NCBI GenBank assembly: GCA_032718475.1
Contig: JAUCBJ010006667.1
Location: 3,912 to 67,911 of the forward strand
Direction: 5' to 3'
Length of the DNA stretch: 64,000 bases
From: Nemertoderma westbladi
Taxonomy: Eukaryota > Animalia > Xenacoelomorpha
In this document: one piece after another, positions 47,546 through 58,863 of the stretch
Numbering within the stretch: position 1 is the stretch's first letter
Layout of the letters: each line of letters begins with the position of its first letter
Notes under the pieces: generated by a model
What the model was told of the DNA's origin: nothing
Database searches by the model: none
What the model saw: the letters and a program-made list of their open reading frames with translations, nothing else
Program-made: the position numbers and the translations under genes

Positions 47546-47907
47546 ATAACCGTTTGTAAAATTCTTGATTGCAGTGTAGGCAATAAATACAGTTTAATAT
47601 TGTTCTGGTAAGAACAATAACCGTTTGCAGGATCTTGATTGCGGCGTAAGCGATCAAGACTAAATTACCGGTCTACCGGTAACCAGTAGGCCTGACTGCC
47701 TGATCACCCGGACCGGTACTTACAACAGTACAGGTATATCAGTACTATTTCGATTGTGATATTGTATACTGGTAGGCTGTTTAAGAGATTAGGGACGGTA
47801 CACCCCTTGTTTCTTATGGAGCTTACTTATTTCTGTCAGTTTTATTTATTTGTAGGCTAGTATTGAGCAGAAGGCGTGTAAGCCTGCTCAGTCTGTACAG
47901 ACAATTT

Positions 47908-48478
47908 GTAGGCTGGATTGTTGTCTGGCTGTTATTAGGTCTGAAGGGATTGCTGTGTGTGTAGAGTGTCTGTCCGATAAAGTGCCAGTTAGTAAGTTGG
48001 GGCATCTTGAGTCGTAAGGTCAACCCCCTCCTAAAGAATAAGTCGTACTACCGTGTTAGAACGCATACTAACTAACCATTTTGGAATCTGCATATACCGT
48101 AGTTTATTTAGGCTTGATAGTAGTCTGCCAGCGTTTTAGCCTGTGTTTGTTTGTGTGGTCTGTTCAGGTACCGTAATAGTTATTACTCAGATATTTTGTA
48201 GGCCGGATTGTTGTCTGGCTATTGTTGGGTCTGGAGAGATTGCTGCGTGTGTAGAGTCTGTCCGATAAAGTGCCAGTTAGTAAGTTGGGGCATCTTGAGT
48301 TGTAAGGTCAACCCCCTCCTAAAGAATAAGTCGTACTACCGTGTTAGAACGCATACTAACTAACCATTTTGGAATCTGCACATACTGTAGTTTATTTAGG
48401 CTTGATAGTAGTCTGCCAGCGTTTGGTTTGTATTTTGTTTGAGTATTCTGTACGGGTAGCGTAATATTTATTATTCAG
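47908..48478 (+). repeat. Tandem duplication of about 290 bp in the element 2 leader
   Basis: gtaggc.ggattgttgtctggct... begins at about 47908 and about 48198, with a near-identical core. Confidence 0.88.
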
Positions 48479-49797
48479 AGTTTATGCGATTATTCGCAAC
48501 ATTCATGTCCCCAAGTTTATTCCTACAGTAATTGTGCTTGTTATACATACTGTTATAGTTAAATTAACCCCGGTACTACACGGGCTGCTTGGCGTAGGTA
48601 AAGACCGGAGATTTTGTGCTTTGGTCACTCCAGCAGATGCCGTGGTTCTTTTAGCTGTTCAAGTATTTTAACTACTGATTATTTGTTGTACAAGTACTTG
48701 TACCTAATTTAGGGTTTAGTGTACAGTGCTTTCCGAAGGTAATTAGTGTGTAGGCAGTATATTTGTGTTGTAAAGTGGTTAATAGGCACGTTGGTTCTGG
48801 TAGACCGCGGTAATTAACTTCTAGGTAGGGACACTCCGTGATACATAACGTAGTACCTATAGCGATACGGCTATAGGTCGTCAGACGGTGGTATTTTTTC
48901 TATCTGGACAATGCAGTATATTGACTACTGCTTTATTATTCTCAAATACCATAGTATCCTGTCTGTTGTAATAACCAGAAGTTCTAACCCTTTGTTAGAC
49001 TGGTTTGTAGTTTCCCTGTAAAATTACCCTAAAATTTCGTACGTAATATTTTTGTTGTGTTTAGTTAGAGAATTAATCTCACCCGTATCGTAAGTAATTT
49101 GTAGATAAGTAACTTAGGAAGTAGAATTATCTGTTTTAGTGTCCAATAAGTAGCACTTCACTGAGAGCGCACAGCTTCTGTGTAGTGATTATTTCCCAGA
49201 AATAGTAACATCTATTTCAATATTGTAACAAAACCCCTCATACGGGTACACATAAATCCACTAAATCTATTAATAAAATAGTAGGCCTGTTATACAACAC
49301 TTAGGTCTTAATATCAGTTGGACTGCTGCTCAAATAACGGTAATAGAGTGAGTAAAGTAACCAAGTAACCCCTAACATTCAGAAATTCAATTATTTTAAA
49401 ATAATTGACATACCGGTATTTACAATAGGCTTATTATATTTATTTCTATAAATTTAGGCTGAAATCATACCGGTATTCTGTAATTAATTCTAGTCTGTAA
49501 TAATTATACTTATATATAATATAAGTGTAGGCTGTATACCGGTATTCACGATAGGCCTATTATATATTTATATATATTTGTGCTAAAATTATATACCGGT
49601 ATTCTGTGATAAATCTAGTCTGAAATAATACTTATATATACTATAAGCATACCGGTATTCTAGTATATTTTATATATATACCACGTTACACTGAGTAGCA
49701 GTATCGGTAATTAATTATTAGGCTAACAGTGATACTGAATTACTAGACTTACTTTAACTGTATTTATAGCCGTAGGCATTCAACTGTGTAAACAAAC

Positions 49798-52089
49798 ATG
49801 TCAGACGCAACCCAATCACTGTCAGATAGTCTCTTAGAAAGTGTTAGAATGAGTATTAGACTTAGACAGCGTATTAAAAGGATCTGTGACCAAGATCAAA
49901 GTATAGAACATCCTAGATCCAAGTCTAAGTCACCTATTATTGTAAGAAAGGCCATCCCTACAGTAGTAGTGTCAGACCCTAGGCTAGTAGAACAGCGTAG
50001 GTCTATCATAGGCACTCGGGCCCAAGTCAAGCGGGATCAAGAAGCAGCTATCAAACAGCAGCAACCTCCTAACCAAGAACCTAGTTCTCAACGGCCCGAT
50101 AGCTCCAGTAGTTCGGATACTGTTGAGCGGACGCCCGAACGCGGAGCGAAGATGGCGGATACGGTTTATGATGAGCGGCCAACCTATGAAGAATCAACCG
50201 ACGCCACTTCTTCTCAAGTGGAAAGCGAAGTGGAAAGCGAAGTAGAAAGCGAATTAACAGCAGCAGAGAAGCCGCGAACTAGAGACGCCATTGACATCTA
50301 TCTGTCAGACTATCAGCGATTCCTAGGAGACAAAGAGTTGAGGAGACGACTGTCTGGACTTCGCCCTAATAGTGAAGGAACCAAGCTTGTGTTGGACTCA
50401 ATCGATGCGGAAATGTTAGCTGCAAACCAAGCTAAATTTGATGAAAAACTCCGCCTCGCTAGAGTCCAGGAAGAACAAGTAAAGAAAAGACGGATAGAGG
50501 ACCGAAAGGCAGCAGCAGTAGCAGAGGCAAGGGCAGTGGCAGAAGCAGAACGGAGAGCGTCTGAGGAGACTACCCAACTGGAGTTGGAAAATCTGCAAGA
50601 GACGCAAGACAACATAAATAAACAATTAACTGCTAGTCAAATGCAGATGATGAGTCGATCTACTCCCAAACGCCAAGAATACACATCATCGGAAGAAGGC
50701 GAGACCACCGATCCTGAAGGCGGAGGAAATAGATCTCGTCTAAGCAGGCGTAGAAAAACATCTCATTGTCACAAATTGCCTGATTTGCCCCCAGCGGTTA
50801 GAAGACAACTAGCTAGCACAGACTTAGGTAGTTCAGAACCCACAGACCAAATTATTAAGGTCAAAAGACTCCCTACGATAGTCGATGAGCCTGAAATAAT
50901 TAGGCCTGTCGTTCCCGAAGCCACTCCTGTGCTAGAGACCCCTGTACTTCCAGAGCTTAACTCTAAATTCCCTTTACACAGTACTACACTGCCTGTACCC
51001 GGTAGAACAGTCCATGAGAAAATCCCTGTCCTGGACGCTGAGAGAGAAATCAAGGATTTGTCTCCCGTCAGCCCGCGTCAGCCCGCTACAATGTTGGCGA
51101 CTCCCGCTTCGGCGGTCGAGTGGGTAGAGGAGGGACGGCGGGGGATGAATCTCCTGCTCGGACAGATGCAGGAGACTGTCCACCAACTCAAGGGAACAGT
51201 AAGGGAAAGTATGTTAGAATTGCAAGAAGTGCAGCAAAGTATCGCGCTAGAACGCGACAAATTAGTCAATATACAAAAGGGTATACCAATACCCCCTGTA
51301 ACATTGTGTCAACCTGTTAGGTCTGAAGTATTACATGCGCAAGGTGTGGAGCCTACACGCATCTATACTGCTAGTGAAGTAGAAACTCCTATAGCAAACC
51401 CTATTAAGGGTGATTATAAACCTGTTGTTGATGATATTCCCTATAGACCTGATAATAATCCGGGAAATTTATATACCGATAATTCGATATTAAATAATAC
51501 GATGACCCAAGAAAGCTTTACGCGTCAGATGGCTAGAACAGAAGCCCGCCAAGCGGTCAAAGTGGGAGAAATCGTCAAATTCAATGGAGATGAGATGAAA
51601 TGGTTACCTTTCAATGAATATTACAAAGATAGCATACAGAACTCTGTACTATCTAACGGAGAGAAACTTAGATTTCTCATCAAGTGCTTGGAAGGACCTC
51701 CCAAGTTAATGGCGTTAAGGTTTATTGGACATCCAGATGGATTAAGACAAGTTTGGGATACATTAAACATCAGGTATGGTAACAAGGATAACATAGCTAA
51801 GTATTTGTATGCAAAATTAGTAGCCCCCCGAAAGTTCCTTAGTAGCGGGATTATAGAGTTTTCCGATGAGATTCAGGAGATCTGTAGACAATTGGATTGG
51901 TTAGGTAAGTCTCATGAATATCAGAGTTCCATGGTTATTGGAGCCGTAGTCTCTACTTTACCAAAGGGTGGAGTATGTATACGCTGGGACAAGAAGGTGT
52001 TGTATATGAATGAGCAGCAACGACGAGGCCCTACCATGGCTGAGGGCATGGCTGACCATGACAAAAGGGTATACCAATACCCCCTGTAA
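49798..52089 (+). CDS. Element 2 gag, N-terminal part, ending in a frameshift caused by an internal duplication
   Basis: Coiled-coil and low-complexity N-terminus followed by the Pao gag core KFNGD..KW..F...Y...I....LSNGEKLRFL...LEG.P.....F......W..L..RYG. Confidence 0.88.
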   Translation: MSDATQSLSDSLLESVRMSIRLRQRIKRICDQDQSIEHPRSKSKSPIIVRKAIPTVVVSDPRLVEQRRSIIGTRAQVKRDQEAAIKQQQPPNQEPSSQRPDSSSSSDTVERTPERGAKMADTVYDERPTYEESTDATSSQVESEVESEVESELTAAEKPRTRDAIDIYLSDYQRFLGDKELRRRLSGLRPNSEGTKLVLDSIDAEMLAANQAKFDEKLRLARVQEEQVKKRRIEDRKAAAVAEARAVAEAERRASEETTQLELENLQETQDNINKQLTASQMQMMSRSTPKRQEYTSSEEGETTDPEGGGNRSRLSRRRKTSHCHKLPDLPPAVRRQLASTDLGSSEPTDQIIKVKRLPTIVDEPEIIRPVVPEATPVLETPVLPELNSKFPLHSTTLPVPGRTVHEKIPVLDAEREIKDLSPVSPRQPATMLATPASAVEWVEEGRRGMNLLLGQMQETVHQLKGTVRESMLELQEVQQSIALERDKLVNIQKGIPIPPVTLCQPVRSEVLHAQGVEPTRIYTASEVETPIANPIKGDYKPVVDDIPYRPDNNPGNLYTDNSILNNTMTQESFTRQMARTEARQAVKVGEIVKFNGDEMKWLPFNEYYKDSIQNSVLSNGEKLRFLIKCLEGPPKLMALRFIGHPDGLRQVWDTLNIRYGNKDNIAKYLYAKLVAPRKFLSSGIIEFSDEIQEICRQLDWLGKSHEYQSSMVIGAVVSTLPKGGVCIRWDKKVLYMNEQQRRGPTMAEGMADHDKRVYQYPL

Positions 52090-52831
52090 CATTGTGTCAA
52101 CCTGTTAGGTCTGAAGTATTACATGCGCAAGGTGTGGAGCCTACACGCATCTATACTGCTAGTGAAGTAGAAACTCCTATAGCAAACCCTATTAAGGGTG
52201 ATTATAAACCTGTTGTTGATGATATTCCCTATAGACCTGATAATAATCCGGGAAATTTATATACCGATAATTCGATATTAAATAATACGATGACCCAAGA
52301 AAGCTTTACGCGTCAGATGGCTAGAACAGAAGCCCGCCAAGCGGTCAAAGTGGGAGAAATCGTCAAATTCAATGGAGATGAGATGAAATGGTTACCTTTC
52401 AATGAATATTACAAAGATAGCATACAGAACTCTGTACTATCTAACGGAGAGAAACTTAGATTCCTCATCAAGTGCTTGGAAGGACCTCCCAAGTTAATGG
52501 CGTTAAGGTTTATTGGACATCCAGATGGATTAAGACAAGTTTGGGATACATTAAACATCAGGTATGGTAACAAGGATAACATAGCTAAGTATTTGTATGC
52601 AAAATTAGTAGCCCCCCGAAAGTTCCTTAGTAGCGGGATTATAGAGTTTTCCGATGAGATTCAGGAGATCTGTAGACAATTGGATTGGTTAGGTAAGTCT
52701 CATGAATATCAGAGTTCCATGGTTATTGGAGCCGTAGTCTCTACTTTACCAAAGGGTGGAGTATGTATACGCTGGGACAAGAAGGTGTTGTATATGAATG
52801 AGCAGCAACGACGAGGCCCTACCATGGCTGA
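51273..52831 (+). repeat. 771-bp tandem duplication within gag with a 17-nt filler
   Basis: Copies at 51273-52043 and 52061-52831; filler gggcatggctgaccatg at 52044-52060. Confidence 0.92.
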
Positions 52832-54632
52832 TCTCATGTCCTTCTTAGATAGTGAAGTAAAATTACAACTCATAAAGCAGTCCAGAGAGAAAACATCGGA
52901 AAATAAGGTAAGTGAGAAACCCGTTTCTAGGAGAAGGGTAACACCAGTGTGTTATACTGACGACGGCGAAAGCCAAGCTTCTCAAGAAGAGGACAGCGGG
53001 AAAGACACAGCAAAATCTTACTATGACAACAAGACCTATAAAGACGTAAGTAAATATAAGTCTCGAACCAGTGACAGGAGAGAACAGGTAACAACAACTC
53101 CTCCTACGTCTCCTAAGAGAATTCACGGAAGAAAGCCCGAAGAAAGAACGAGAGTGCATAACGTTGCCCAAGGTAAAGTGAGTAACATCAAACCAAAATG
53201 TGCGCTGTGCGACAGGCCCCACCGTTTGAGTGTGTGTGCTGAATTCCTAAAGAAATCCCTGGTAGACAGACGTGAAGTCATGTGGGATAAGCGGTTATGC
53301 TATAATTGCCTCAGACAAGGACACCAACGGCGAACCTGTTACTCCGACGTAAAGTGTGCAAAGTGCGGTGCGAAACATCACATCTTGTTACACAGTGAAT
53401 TCGAACGAAACAACCCGAGTCAGGTAAGTGCGCCCGAACTACATGTCCAATTCAGTGATGAAAATGACACTGATCAAGAATCTGAGATGGAAGAATTCTA
53501 TACGGACGAATTCTCCGACGCCAACGAATCCTGTTACCTAATAAATACCGCAGTGTATCGAGCACTTACGTATGAAAAGGACACCGACAATGAGTTCCCC
53601 CCAACTACCTTTGACAGACAACCATCTTGGAAACCTCCAACTTCCAACGTAGGAATCAGAGAATTTCCTGTAGTACAGGTAAGAGTTCACGGTCCTAACA
53701 AAAGTTACATAGTGAACGCCCTCCTTGACTCCGGCAGCACAGGAACATTCATCGATCAAGAACTAGCCGAAGACATCTTTGCTGGACAACCCAAATTCCG
53801 AACTAAGTTGAATATGTCAGGAATTATGCAGGTTTGGAAATCTACCATAACGGCAGATTACTATGTAGGTGCGTTGTCCACCCCCCAGGATAAATTAGGA
53901 GAACAAAGTATAAGGTCAGTAAAAATGGTGGCTATAAAGAACTTCGCTACTACCCAAGTAGAACCTTATAACTGGGACGAGGACGAGAGCATCCAGCAGC
54001 TTAAGATACCTCGATTCCACACAGATTATCCTGGAGTGCAAATACTCATCGGCCAAAACGCGCATGAGGCGCTAGAGACATTGGAGAAACGGCCTGCTCA
54101 ACCACAGCCACTACAAACCTATGCGGTAAGAACTAGAGTAGGTTGGTACTTCACTGGCCCTTCCCGTAGAACTCTCAAAGAGAGATTACCTCAAGAACAG
54201 GTATACCAAGTAAAGGAATGGGAAGTGGAGAGCAGTGAGGTGGACGACCCAACTGAGGGAACACCATACTCCTCAGATAATGACGATATTAACTCCACTA
54301 TAGATCAATGGAGACATTGCCTTGGGACGATTAATCCAGCCGACATTGCTTCCAGAGGAGCAACTCCTCAAGAACTGATAGATACTCCAGGCTGGTTAGG
54401 TGGATCCGACTTCTTAAGTAAAGAAGAAGAAGAATGGCCTCCTCATCTTACCACGGTGGAGATTAGACAGGCCAAGGGAGTGGAGAAAGTAACACAACAA
54501 CTCAATCGCCCAGCTGGTCGTCTATGTTTACTGGAAAGAGACCGAAAACTGTCCGGAAACTATGGAAGGCAAGATACTCTTCCTACGACCACTTCCCTAA
54601 TCCGACAAATATCTAGGGACTCCATAACGTAA
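52092..54632 (+). CDS. Element 2 gag core, three Zn knuckles and protease, fused to RNase H-end and integrase-end stubs
   Basis: CALC...H....C, CYNC....H....C, CAKC...HH.LLH, ALLDSGS and RT.VGW, then directly WRHC.G..NPADIASRG...W..G..FL....EWP and RP..RLCLLE. Confidence 0.9.
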   Translation: MCQPVRSEVLHAQGVEPTRIYTASEVETPIANPIKGDYKPVVDDIPYRPDNNPGNLYTDNSILNNTMTQESFTRQMARTEARQAVKVGEIVKFNGDEMKWLPFNEYYKDSIQNSVLSNGEKLRFLIKCLEGPPKLMALRFIGHPDGLRQVWDTLNIRYGNKDNIAKYLYAKLVAPRKFLSSGIIEFSDEIQEICRQLDWLGKSHEYQSSMVIGAVVSTLPKGGVCIRWDKKVLYMNEQQRRGPTMADLMSFLDSEVKLQLIKQSREKTSENKVSEKPVSRRRVTPVCYTDDGESQASQEEDSGKDTAKSYYDNKTYKDVSKYKSRTSDRREQVTTTPPTSPKRIHGRKPEERTRVHNVAQGKVSNIKPKCALCDRPHRLSVCAEFLKKSLVDRREVMWDKRLCYNCLRQGHQRRTCYSDVKCAKCGAKHHILLHSEFERNNPSQVSAPELHVQFSDENDTDQESEMEEFYTDEFSDANESCYLINTAVYRALTYEKDTDNEFPPTTFDRQPSWKPPTSNVGIREFPVVQVRVHGPNKSYIVNALLDSGSTGTFIDQELAEDIFAGQPKFRTKLNMSGIMQVWKSTITADYYVGALSTPQDKLGEQSIRSVKMVAIKNFATTQVEPYNWDEDESIQQLKIPRFHTDYPGVQILIGQNAHEALETLEKRPAQPQPLQTYAVRTRVGWYFTGPSRRTLKERLPQEQVYQVKEWEVESSEVDDPTEGTPYSSDNDDINSTIDQWRHCLGTINPADIASRGATPQELIDTPGWLGGSDFLSKEEEEWPPHLTTVEIRQAKGVEKVTQQLNRPAGRLCLLERDRKLSGNYGRQDTLPTTTSLIRQISRDSIT

Positions 54633-57600
54633 TAACATATGGAGTGGGCGTGTGACTATATCATTTTATATTTGTTTTTATTTTATATTTATGTATGTAT
54701 TATTATGTAATTTTATTATAATCGTTTTCTTTAATGTTATTTAGTAGAATGTTATTTTAGTGATTATTTAGTAGATTAGTGCAATATATTATTGTTTATT
54801 ACGTACGTAATTACTTATAATATATATTTAGTGCGGCGGCGAGAAATAATTATTTTTCTCTTTCCTTACTGTCCGTATCATATTATAAATACGTGACTAC
54901 AGTAAGATGAAATGTCCGTACTTATTAAAGTACAATAAAGCCACTACTATATTCAAGTATTATTGGTAGGCAGAGTATTAGGAATGCAAAGTTCAGATCC
55001 TCGTGTCTCGGCTAAACCAAGCTCTGGGTATACCTTGGAAACGACTTGCCTCTTCACACTGACATTGCTTCGTGCGATATTGCTCTCATACCATATATAA
55101 TAATACATATAGTAGCGTGATGTCCCTCTAACAGTAGCGTGAAACGCAAATAAATCTGTTAAACCTTTTGACCATCTGTAATTCTAGTCGATTAAGATAT
55201 CGCGGCACCCACCAATATACTTGAAAGACAAATTCTAGAATCAGTGGTTAACGTCCCCAGACAAGTTCTGGAATAAATTGGTGCCCATCTCAAATATTAA
55301 TTATTTAATATTTATAAATCTATAAATCAAAATCTGTAAAATTCAGATCCTTTAACAATTCTAGTCGATTAAGATATCGTAGCACTTACCGATACTCTTA
55401 AAAGACAATTTTCATAGAATTAAGGATCCTATGTCCCCAGACCTGTTCTGGAATCAAATTGTGTCAATTGCACTATCAAATAATAAAATTTCAGGGAATA
55501 AATTTGAATTCATATTTTAATGAATTTAATAAATTGTCATTCTGTGCAATTTATAACATTCCCAAAATCCCATTAATTAATAGATCACGGGAGCGGAGAT
55601 TCATCCTATTAAGTGTGTTAGAGTGTGAGAATCTCCCATGTATGAGTCAATAGCCGATAAAATTTATAAAATCATATATAAACGAGATATTGGACCATTA
55701 AAGAATTACTATTAAATAGCATCCCAGATCTGTATGCATTGGAATTACCCTAATTCTACCGCTAGCTTTCCATAATGTCACCATAGTAACACCCACGCTA
55801 GAATTAGAAACAAGTTAAAAGGAACAATAAAAACTTGCCCATTGCATAGAGTAAGAAATAAATAGCGCACTGCTAGTATCCAAGGATACATAATAATAAC
55901 GTGGCATTCTGGAAGGCACTGACTAACGGACAAATGGCCCGAGTGTGTGTAATTTGTGACAGTTGTGTGTGTGGAATTTGTGAGTTTATAGGCGAATGTT
56001 ACTACTAAGGTGTGTTTACAGTAGCGAGTCGCAATTGTGAAAGTAACCCTAACTCTCCAGTAAGAACCTGAAGTGAATCTAAGCCTTTGGGACGGACAGT
56101 GGAGTGACTCGTGCTAGTGTCGTTGTCGTTGTGTAGCTACACGTTGGCGGAAAACACAGCGACGACGATACATTTGCGCTGAGGATCTTACACTGTCCGG
56201 GGGCTGATTGGGGTAGGCAGCGACGCTCGCTAGCCTAATTATAAGCTCATTATAATATTAATAAACTCATATATAGCAGATATAACGGAGTTGATAGAAG
56301 ATGGTCTTGGTATCGGGGAGCGATATACTCTACCTTTACAAGTGTTTGTTGATAGCTTGATACGCGGCGACGCTAGTCCAACTACTACGGAGGACGATGG
56401 TCGTTATATCGAACCGACGATTTCCTAGAAGCAACTTACGCGTGAATTGGACTATGGAAAATTCACCGCTCGCTACACGCATCGTAATAGTACGTATATG
56501 GACTTCTTAACCATTGGCCATTCTATCGATTCACACGATACGGACTATGTCGAACATATATCCTACCCAGCGGAGTCGGAACGATAAACTGAAATTCGAA
56601 TGCGAAAATTCTATTCGAAATCGACTCGAAAGAAAAGACATTAGAGAGACAAATGGACGCAGTAACTCTAACGTATATTTTGGAATTCTTGATAGAAGCA
56701 TTGTAACAACAAATAAATATCATCCGCGTTTCCCCTACCAGACGTGCGTCTTTGGTATTATTATGATAAATGCCCTAGACCCAACTAACAAACGGAAAGA
56801 CATAAACATCCACGGAAACCGAAACTTGTTCGACATATCACCTACGCTCGCTCGACTCAGACGATCCTTGAGTAAACCTACGATCATAGTTCCGGAATAC
56901 TCGGTCAGACCACCTCGTTCCTTGATTAGACCTCAGACTTTCGATTCTGATGGTATCCCGGATCCTCACGAGCTGTATTCACTGTTCAAAGATCTAGTGC
57001 TACCCTAACAATTAATCGGTAACACTCCAGCAGCGAGCTCTAGCTAGCCGCCCATCTTACCTAGCCGTATTGGGACACGGACACCTAATATCACCATTCA
57101 ACCGTATGGTCGTCCCAGTTTAACGCGATACAACCCTTCATCAAGTTGAAGGAGAACGTTGTACGAAACGAGTTAAACGCTATTCTACAAAGATCAGAAA
57201 GGAAACCTGCGTTTGTTCAGATAAACGTAAGTTATAACAGCAAGTCCAAGCGGTAAACGAATTGGCTTTATCTCAGTTCGATTGGGAAATCTTGAATCTC
57301 TAAGAAGATATCGAGCTTAGACAACCCTATTCTCTGCGAGAGTTTTGGACGAGCGTGTCCAACGACAAGCGGAGGAAAATCAGCTCGAGGAGAAGCAGAT
57401 CGAAATGGACGAGACACTGACCGTAACCCTAAACCTTCTGATGCAATTGTATTGCACCCTTCACCCAGGAGTTATAGCCCTCCTAGTAAAGTGGCTCGCT
57501 CCAAAGAGAAAAGGACTCTTGCTAGTCTCAAGAAACTGCGTAAACGCCATCCGCGCAAGAAAAACTAACTGTTTAGAGTATCTTTATATTTTAGAAACTG

Positions 57601-57645
57601 TGATTTTTATATTTTATAGATTAAAATCCCATTTTCTGGGAGCGG

Positions 57646-58863
57646 TGTAAAAGCTTTTGCGGAATTGCCCGGTTATTTTCCCCGTAAAGTACTCTGTAGT
57701 TGGTTTAGCAGGCATAAAAGGCCGTGTCATTGCTGTACCGGTGTTTTTAGGGGACATAAAAGCTATTTCTTCTGTATGTGTACTTTAGAGGACATAATTA
57801 GCAATTCTATGACGCAACGCCCTAGATCCTCTTGAAACAGTATCGTTACTATGACGACAGCTAATGGCTGAGCTTTACATGTGTAGCTTGCCCAGAGCCT
57901 TGCCTTGGTTCTTTGTTCTGCTCAGCTCAAAATGACGACATCTATCAGCTGTGTCCACGTGGAGCTCTTTGCCATTCGACCAATCAGAGATTCCCTCTTT
58001 GTGTAAAAGCTGTACAGCAGAATTACAGGGTTCAGTACTGACGTTTCCCCCACGCCTAGAACACCGGCCGGGGAATGTTTTCTGACATTAGAGCGTCTTT
58101 AATTATAAGATCATCAAACGGTTATCACGGTTTTGCACCTCGGCATCTGATTAAGCACCCTGACGTAAACTGCTTTTCGCCGCATTATTTACTGCTATTT
58201 ACTGTGTTGTTAATTGTATCGTTCGTTTACAAATTATTATTGGGAAGAATATTGATAACGATCCGAAAACCCAATCTTCTTGATACACTAAGGTTAGAGA
58301 GACCGGTTACATATAACAATTTGCGACATACATTATAGTGGTTTGTAGTGAGTTCAATGCTACTTAATAGGCCCTACAAATGTCGGTTGTTATTCTCTTT
58401 ATATATGATTAAAATCAGTGAATGTCGGCAATTCAGTGTGCAGTTGTGTGCAATAGTCTGTGTGCTTGACCGAGTAACAAAGCATTTCCTAAAGAATGCA
58501 CTTTGGTGATCTATAAGACATACTGTTGTGTATAGTGTAAGTCATAGCTCTGTTTAAATAGATAGAGCGCCACGTCCTAAAGGAACTGCTAATATTTCCC
58601 TAAAGTGAATAATATTCGTCAGAGATTATATATTAACGATCAATCGAATAGTACGGTAGGCCTGCACCGCAATCAAATTAAAGCATCCAAATCCAGTCTC
58701 CCGGGTATATCCAGCGGGTGAATGGTCGCGCACAGACTGGCTTTGGCTAATGTTAGAATTATTATAGGTGTTCAATACTTGTCATAGGCTGGAGTAGATT
58801 TATAACCTAGAAGACATATAGATTTGGCGGGTTAAACTGCCAAAGGTCTTAAAAGCGCGAACA
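57646..58863 (+). repeat. 3' LTR of element 2
   Basis: Direct repeat of 46328-47545. Confidence 0.96.

Larger units (their letters stand above)
46328..58863 (+). mobile_element. BEL/Pao LTR retrotransposon 2, non-autonomous (Gag-protease only)
   Basis: Two 1218-bp TG...CA LTRs, 5-bp TSD cctgg (46323-46327 / 58864-58868) and PPT gggagcgg. RT and integrase core are absent. Confidence 0.95.
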
